Shown: in pieces, positions 57,163 through 64,000 of the stretch | How positions within the stretch are numbered: position 1 is the first letter of the stretch | Layout of the letters: each line of letters starts with the position of its first letter | NCBI RefSeq assembly: GCF_009914755.1 | Contig: NC_060929.1 | Reading direction: 5' to 3' (one strand) | Source: the human T2T-CHM13v2.0 reference genome, Homo sapiens | DNA length: 64,000 nucleotides | Made by a program: the position numbers and the translations under genes | Notes under the pieces: generated by a model | The model's database searches: none | The model's input: the letters and a program-made list of their open reading frames with translations, nothing else | Told to the model about the DNA's origin: nothing

Positions 57163-58784
57163 TTAATGATGGATTTGATGTGGGTCTGGTTTGGTCCAGC
57201 CTTACAAGCCAGTCTTTAGATTTATACTTTCTCCCCTTTCTCATATAATGAGTAATCCAGACTAAATATTCTCTCCTATTAGACCTCGCTTCAGTCTAGC
57301 TTCTTTGCTTCTTTCATTTGTCTGTGTTCTTTAATTAGTTCAATTTATTTTTCAAAACACAACCCATGATTCTTACAAAAGCACACATGGGTGCACCTCA
57401 TTTTTTTCCTATCTCACTGGAATTGAGTTTCCTGCCATGAACCTGCCTATGTTTTCTCTTTTTCTGGTTCTCTGCACCTGCCTGCTTGTTCTATACACAT
57501 ACTAGAGACTGGGCCTCCCTTTCAGGTGAAGAGCTTTCTCTCCTTTACCCTTTCTATCGTATTTATAAACATGTCAGCCCCTTCCCAGATTCCACATTGT
57601 CATGTCTTCAATTTTTAAAGTATTTGCTCCAAACAGGGTCCAAATACAGATATAAGGGGGTCATAAATATATTCTAAAAATTAAACTTTGGAAGGTTAGT
57701 TTTTAAAATATTTTGTTTACATTAAAATCTCTGGTTAGGTTTATTTTAACTTTTCAGCACATCTTTTTTTGGCAGAATAGTAGGCTGGAAATAAAAAATA
57801 CTCTTTTCTGTTAGCTTATTAATTATACTTGCTACTTCCAGCTGTGGTGTCTGTCAACTGTTTAGGAAGCAATATTCATACTCATATGCTCTGAACAATT
57901 TTACCGCTTTTCTTGGAAAATAGAGCTATTTGAAGAAATAATGCACAGTTAACCCTTTTAAAATCTGGAAAACATGTTTCCTCAGACTTAAAAACAATAA
58001 AAGTTACCTGTGCCCTTGCCTTATTGTCCTACCACACACAGGTCTGATTATGGAGCTCTTCAGCATCCATTCACATTGCCGAGATGGCCTTCCTTAAATC
58101 AGCTTGCTTCTTTTTTGATATTTGCAATTATAGTACATCTTCCATCAGCACAAACACCGTGGTCAGCTACCTTCAGAAGTTTGGGATGTATGGTTTCTCC
58201 CCAGCTCCACTTTACCCTAGGTGGCATCCTCCATCCTGTGCAGCTGCCAATCTCCTTCCCTTCGGATGGACCATGGTAGCCTCCATGCTGCTTAGGGGCT
58301 GGAGATGTTCTCTGAGACATTGGAGACCAAGATCTTGTGTTTGTGTTCACTTCATCTTCTGCTGAAGACTCTGACGGAATAAAACTGAACTACCTGGAAC
58401 TTCAATTCTTTCACAGTTCACATCCCAAATGAGTAAGCGGTGGGCCCTTAGGAGTGTTCTGGGGTGACATCACTAGGAAGATCATCAGGTTAATGGTTCT
58501 TAAAATGTAATTCACTGGTGACACGCAGGGTGAAAAATATGCTTACAGGATCCTTCCTCAGCTCTACAAGACTCCTAAGAAATTGATAATCTGAAATATT
58601 TAAACAGGTATATCTGCCAAGAATTTTCACACAGAAGCTTAACTCAACAAAATAGGCTATAATATTAAGGTACAAATCAATCATTTCAGGAAGATTGACA
58701 TTTCTGAAAATTTAGTTTATAATTTAGTAACATAGCTCCAGTTCACATTGATTTTATCTCCTCTTGCCGATTCCACCACATTTG

Positions 58785-59375
58785 ACTTTTTCATTGCTCT
58801 TAGGTTTACATAAGTAAAATTAACATTTTTTTGATGTACTAAGACGTGTAGAGTCGTGGAACCACCACTTCAATCAAGGATACACAAAAGTTTTATCACT
58901 CCCAAAACTCCCTTGAGCTGCCCCTTTGTGGCTACATTCTTTCCCCAAACTTACCCTTGTCAGCCACTGATCTATTCTCTGTACCTTGGTCTTTTCCTTT
59001 TCTAGAATGTCATGTAAATGAAATTATGCAATATGTAAGTTTTGGAAACTGGCTTCATTCAGCAAAAACATTTTGAGATTCATGTTTTGTTGCATGTGTT
59101 CATAGTTTGTTCTTTCTTATTAAAAGTCATATTCCATTATGTGGATGTACCACAGTTGGATTCTCCATTCACACATTGATGGGCATTTGAATAGTTTTCA
59201 GCTTGAGAACATTTTGAATAGAGCTGCTATCAACATTTTTGTGTATAGTTATTTGTGAATATAATATTTCATTTATCAAGGAGTGTTGTCAGAGTCATAT
59301 GGAAAAATATATATGTAATTTATAAGAAAAATTCTAAATTTTTCCCCAAAGTGATCATATCATTTTGCATTCCGA
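58785..59375 (-). mobile_element. LINE-1 3' fragment, L1MB8-like
   Basis: aaccaccacttcaatcaag...gctgcccctttgtg...ccactgatctattctct...agaatgtcatgtaaatg. Confidence 0.75.
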
Positions 59376-59924
59376 AACACAAGAGTTGGTCAAGGGATGT
59401 GGCTGGACCTGCCGATTTCTAGTCTGAAGATCTTTCTTCTATATTACTCTCTCCTAAATTTACTTTTTGACATTTTCATATTTACTTTAACCCAATATTT
59501 TAATATAACTCCACTGAAAAAGTTATGAAATTACTGTCTTGACAACGGTTATCATTTTAGTATACATCCATGTATAGGTGTTAGCATCTTCTTCCCTAAA
59601 ATTGTGACATAGCACCACCTCTATCTTGTCTAAGTTAAAGAAATATACTGAGGCATATGAGTAGATGCAATGAAGGCTCCACAGCTCATAGTGAGTGGAA
59701 ATAAGGAGAGATTTATTAGCCTCTGTAACGGTTGTTAATGAAATTTTCTAAAACCTCAAAAAAATGGCTTTAATCTTTCTAAGGTTTTTCTCTTGAAGTT
59801 ATTTAAAATAGTTTATCTCTAATCTTAGAAAATGCTGAAAACATACTTTTTTCTCAACAATGCATGATTTCCATGAACACTGATTTTCACAGGGGCTTGA
59901 CATTAAAGATGCTAGAATTCTTCA

Positions 59925-60327
59925 TTTTTAATTAACAAATGCATGATCTCACATAGTCATTTTTGTGGTGAGAGCCCATAACTTCTACTGCCTTTACATT
60001 TCTCAAGAATACTATATATCATCATTATCTAGCCTTACCTTGCTACACAATAGATATAAATTTATTTCTCCTAACTATAATTATTAAGGCTTTGACCAAC
60101 ATCTCCTCATAATCTCTCCCCATAGCCATCCCAGGCCCTGGTAACCACCATTATACTCTCTACTTCTGTAATATGAACTTTTTAAAATTCCACACACGCG
60201 TGAGATCATGTGCTATTTGTCTTTCTGTGCCTGGCTTATCTTATTTCAGTTATCATAATGTCCTCCAGAATCATCCATGTTGTCAAAATGACAGGGTTTC
60301 ATTCTTTTTATGGCTGAATAGTATTCC

Positions 60328-60380
<53 letters not shown>

Positions 60381-63300
60381 TTTTACTACCTATTCATGTA
60401 TTGATGAACACTCAGGTTGATTCCACATCTCGGCTAATGTAAAGAGTGGCACTAAGAACATGAAAGTTCAGATGTCTCTTCTACAAACTGATCTAATTTC
60501 CATCAGATATATACCCAGTACTGAGACTGCTGGATCATATGGTAGTTCTATTTTAAATTTTTTGATGAACCCCCATAGTCTGTTCTATAATGGCTGTACT
60601 AGTTTACATTCCTATGAACAGTGAATAAGGGCTTTCTGAACATCCTTGACAAACCATGTTATCTTTTTCCCTTTTGATAATAACCATTCTAACCGAGGTG
60701 AGTTGCTTTCTCATTGTGGTTTTGATTTGCATTTCCATGATAAATAGTGATGTTGAGCATTTCTTATATAATTATTGGCCGTTTGTATGTCTACTTTTAA
60801 AAAATGTCTATTTTGGTCTTTCACTCATCTTTTAATCTAGTTATCTGGTTTTTTGCTGTTGAGTTGTTTGACTTCCTTATATATTTTGTATATTAACTCC
60901 GTGTCAGGTTTACATTCTATAATTTGTCTCTTTACTATGTTGATTGGGTCCTTTGCTGTACAGAGACTTTTTTAGTTTGACGTAATCCCATTTGTCTATT
61001 TTTGCTTTTGTTGCTGGTGCTTTTGAGGTTTTATCCAAAAAAATCCTTACCCAGTACAATGTCATGAATTATTCCACCTATGTTTTCTTCTAGTAGTTTC
61101 ATACTTTTGGATCTTGTATTTAAGCATTTAATTAAGTTTTAGTTCAATTTTGTAGATGGTGAAAGATAAAGGTTTGGTTTTATTTTTCTACATGTGAATA
61201 TCCAGTTTTTACATCATTATTTATTGAAAAGACTATCCTTTCCCCAGTGTATTTTCTTGGTACCTTTGTTGAAAATCAGTTGGTTGTAAATGTATGCATT
61301 TATTTCTGGGGTTTCTATTCTGCCATCTCTATATATATATCTGTTTGTATGCCAGTACCATGCTGTTTGGGTTGCTATAGATTTGTAGTATATTTTGAAG
61401 TAAGGTAGTGTATTGCTCCCAGATTTGGGTTTTGTTTTGTTTTTTTCAAGATTGATTTGGCTAAGGTGTCTTCTGTGGTTCCATAAAACTTTAGGGTTAT
61501 TTTTTTCCATTTTGGTCAAGAATGTCATTGGTATTTTGATAGGAATTTCATTGAATCTGTATATTGAGTATTAGGGATATTTTAACAATATTGAATCTTT
61601 CATTTTATTACATGGAGTATCTTTTCATTTATTTGTGTCTTCTTCAATTTCTTTCACCAATGCTTAGCAATTTTTATTGTAGAGATCTTTCCCCTACTTG
61701 ATGAAGTTTATTCCTAGGTATTTTAATTTTTATTTGGCTACCGTAAATGGAATTGTTTTCTTGGTTCCTTTTTAAGATAGTTTAGTATTAGCAGATAGAA
61801 ACACTACTGATTTATGTATGTTGATTTTGTATTCTGCAACTTTACTGAATTTATTTCTTCTAATAGTCATTTGGTGGAGTCTAAAATTTTCTGTAGATAA
61901 GATCATGTTGTTTGTAAATAAAACAATTTGACTTCCTTCTATCCAATTGTATGCCTTTTATTTTATTCTTCTCCTGACTATCTGCTTTGGTTAGGTCTTC
62001 CAGTACTATGTTGAATCAAAGTGGTAAAATAAGTACTCTAGTCTTGTTCCAGGTCTTAGAGAAAAATTTTTCAGCTTTTTCTCATTTAGTATGTTAGCTG
62101 TGGTTTTATCATATATGGCCTTTATTGTGTTGAGGTGCATTCCTTCTATATCCAGTTTGTTAAAAATTTTTATCATGAAGAGATATTAAATTTTGTCAGA
62201 TAAATTTTCTGCATCTATTTATGATTATATGGGTTTTGTCCTTCATTCTGTTAATGTGATATATCATGCTTATTCATTTGCATACATTGAACCATCCTTG
62301 AATCCTTTCAATGAATCTCACTTGATAATACTGAATTATATTTTTAATGTATTACTGAACTTGGTTTGCTAGAATTTTGTTGAAGATTTTTGAATAGATG
62401 TTCATCAGGGATAATGGCCTGCAGTTTCCTTTTATCATTGTGCCCTTGTCTGGTTTTGATATCACAGTAATGCTGGCCTCATGGAATGTTTTATTTGGTA
62501 TACATCTTGCTATCTTTGGTTTTCCATTTGAAATGACTATTTTTTCTATCCCTTCATTTTCAGTCTCTGTGTGCCTTACAAGTGGAGTGCTCTTTTGTAG
62601 GCAGCATGTAGTTTTGTCTTCTGTTTTATCCATTTAGTCACTCTGTGTCATTTAATTGGAAAGTTTAATCCACTTATATTCAATGTAATTATTGATAAGT
62701 GAAAACTTACAACTGTTTACAACTGCCATTTAGTTGCTAGTTTGTTTGCTTGTGTGTGTGTTTGTGTATCTATGCGTGTGTGTATAGAGCTTTTCTTATT
62801 CTCTTCTGTCTTCCTTTGTAGTTAAGTGATTTTCTCTGGAAATATGTTTTGATTCTTTTTAAAAAATGTTTATCATTTATAAGTTTTTATTTTATGGTTA
62901 CCATGAGACCTATTTTTAAAATCTTATATTTGAAACCATTTTTTAAAAATAAATAACAACTTATTTTGGTCACAAAAAAACCATCTACACTTTATCTGCA
63001 TTCCCGCTCCACATTTTTAATTTTTAATGTAACAATTTACATATTTTTATATTGCCTATCCTTCAACAGACTATTATAGTTATTATTTTACTAGTTTTAT
63101 TTTTTAACCTTAACACTGGTGTGTCATGTATACACCGAGATTACAGTATTATCATATTCTGAATTTGATTGTACACTTGGATTTACTAGTGAGTTTCATA
63201 CCTTCAGATGTTTTTGCATTACTCATTAGCATTCTTTTTATTCAGTTTGAAGTATTCCCTTTAGCATTTCTTAAAAGACATATCCATTGGTGATAAATTC

Positions 63301-63815
63301 CATCAGCTTTTCATTGTCTAGGAAAGTCTTTACCCTATATTTCTGAAGGATAGCTTATTGATTGGCCGGGTTTTTTTTCCCCTTTACCACTTTGAATCTG
63401 TCATCTCACTCCCTTCTGGCATGTAATGTTTCTGCTGTGAAGTCTTCTGCTTCCAGGCATATTGGCACTCCCTTATGTATTATTTGCTTCTTTCTTTATG
63501 TGGCTTTCAGGATCTACTTTTTTTCTTTGACGTTCGATAGTTTGACTATACTATGTCTTGGGGTAGTATTATTTAAATTGTATCTGATTGGTGACCTTCA
63601 GTCTTCCTGTACCTGTGTATTTATATATTTATCCAGGTTTGGAAAGCTTTCTGCTCTTACTTATTTAAATAAGCTTTCTACATTTTTGTCTTACTCTAAT
63701 CCCTCTTGAATGACAATGGGCCAAACATTACTTGTTTTCATAGTGTCCTATAGATCCTGTATGATTTCCTCATTTTTAGTTGTTTTGTTTTTCTTTTCTC
63801 CAATTATATATTATC
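59925..63815 (-). mobile_element. LINE-1, L1MA6/7-like: 3'UTR, ORF2 with an internal deletion near 62490, and ORF1
   Basis: ORF2 frames 61217-61528 ([14 protein letters not shown]) and 62352-62633 (an EN-to-RT fusion); ORF1 sequence at ~63250-63810. Confidence 0.85.
60330..60378. repeat. (TG)~24 microsatellite inside L1
   Basis: Uninterrupted TG run. Confidence 0.98.
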
Positions 63816-64000
63816 TTTATTTTATTTTATTATTATTATACTTTAACTTTTAGGGTACATGTGCACAATGTGCAGGTTAGTTACATATGTATACATGTGC
63901 CATGCTGGTGTGCTGCACCCATTAACTCGTCATTTAGCATTAGGTATATCTCCTAAAGCTATCCCTCCCCCCTCCTCCCACCCCACAACAGTCCCCAGAC
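63816..64000 (-). mobile_element. Young LINE-1 3' end, L1PA2/L1PA3-like, running off the window
   Basis: ggttagttacatatgtatacatgtgccatgctggtgtgctgcacccattaactcgtcatttagc; carries the GAG (ctc) allele rather than the L1HS-Ta ACA allele. Confidence 0.9.

Noticed and set aside
58400-58440. Possible 16-nt micro-exon (ttctttcacag|ttcacatcccaaatga|gtaagc)
   Set aside because: Splice-like words occur often by chance and there are no partner exons or other support.

Overview
This is primate DNA, very likely human or hominine: it carries AluY, L1PA2-like and LTR5_Hs copies. It is AT-rich and mostly transposable-element debris. I find no supportable protein-coding gene, RNA gene or CpG island. All listed ORFs are 145 aa or shorter and are L1, Alu, LTR or Ricksha fragments or chance frames. 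L1 and LTR copies lie in both orientations, which fits intergenic sequence, although an intron is not excluded. I do not see a new biological system here; the interest is in transposon history readable from target-site duplications (TSDs). (1) An L1PA4/5-like insertion has both a twin-priming 5' inversion and a ~355-bp 3' transduction of ancient L1MC sequence, and it sits inside an L1PA8-like element (4752-6350). (2) A Ricksha MULE DNA transposon (8942-17154) is split by a near full-length L1PA16/17, which itself hosts an intact 968-bp HERV-K(HML-2) LTR5_Hs solo LTR, an Alu and an MSTA LTR. (3) Ricksha contains an unexpected ~155-bp inverted internal duplication with a 33/34 identical core. 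(4) The LTR5_Hs octamer-like site carries a T>C change. (5) A perfect hairpin sits at an MLT2/LTR47 junction and may reflect a template-switch mutation. Subfamily names come from recalled consensus sequences and need RepeatMasker/Dfam confirmation.
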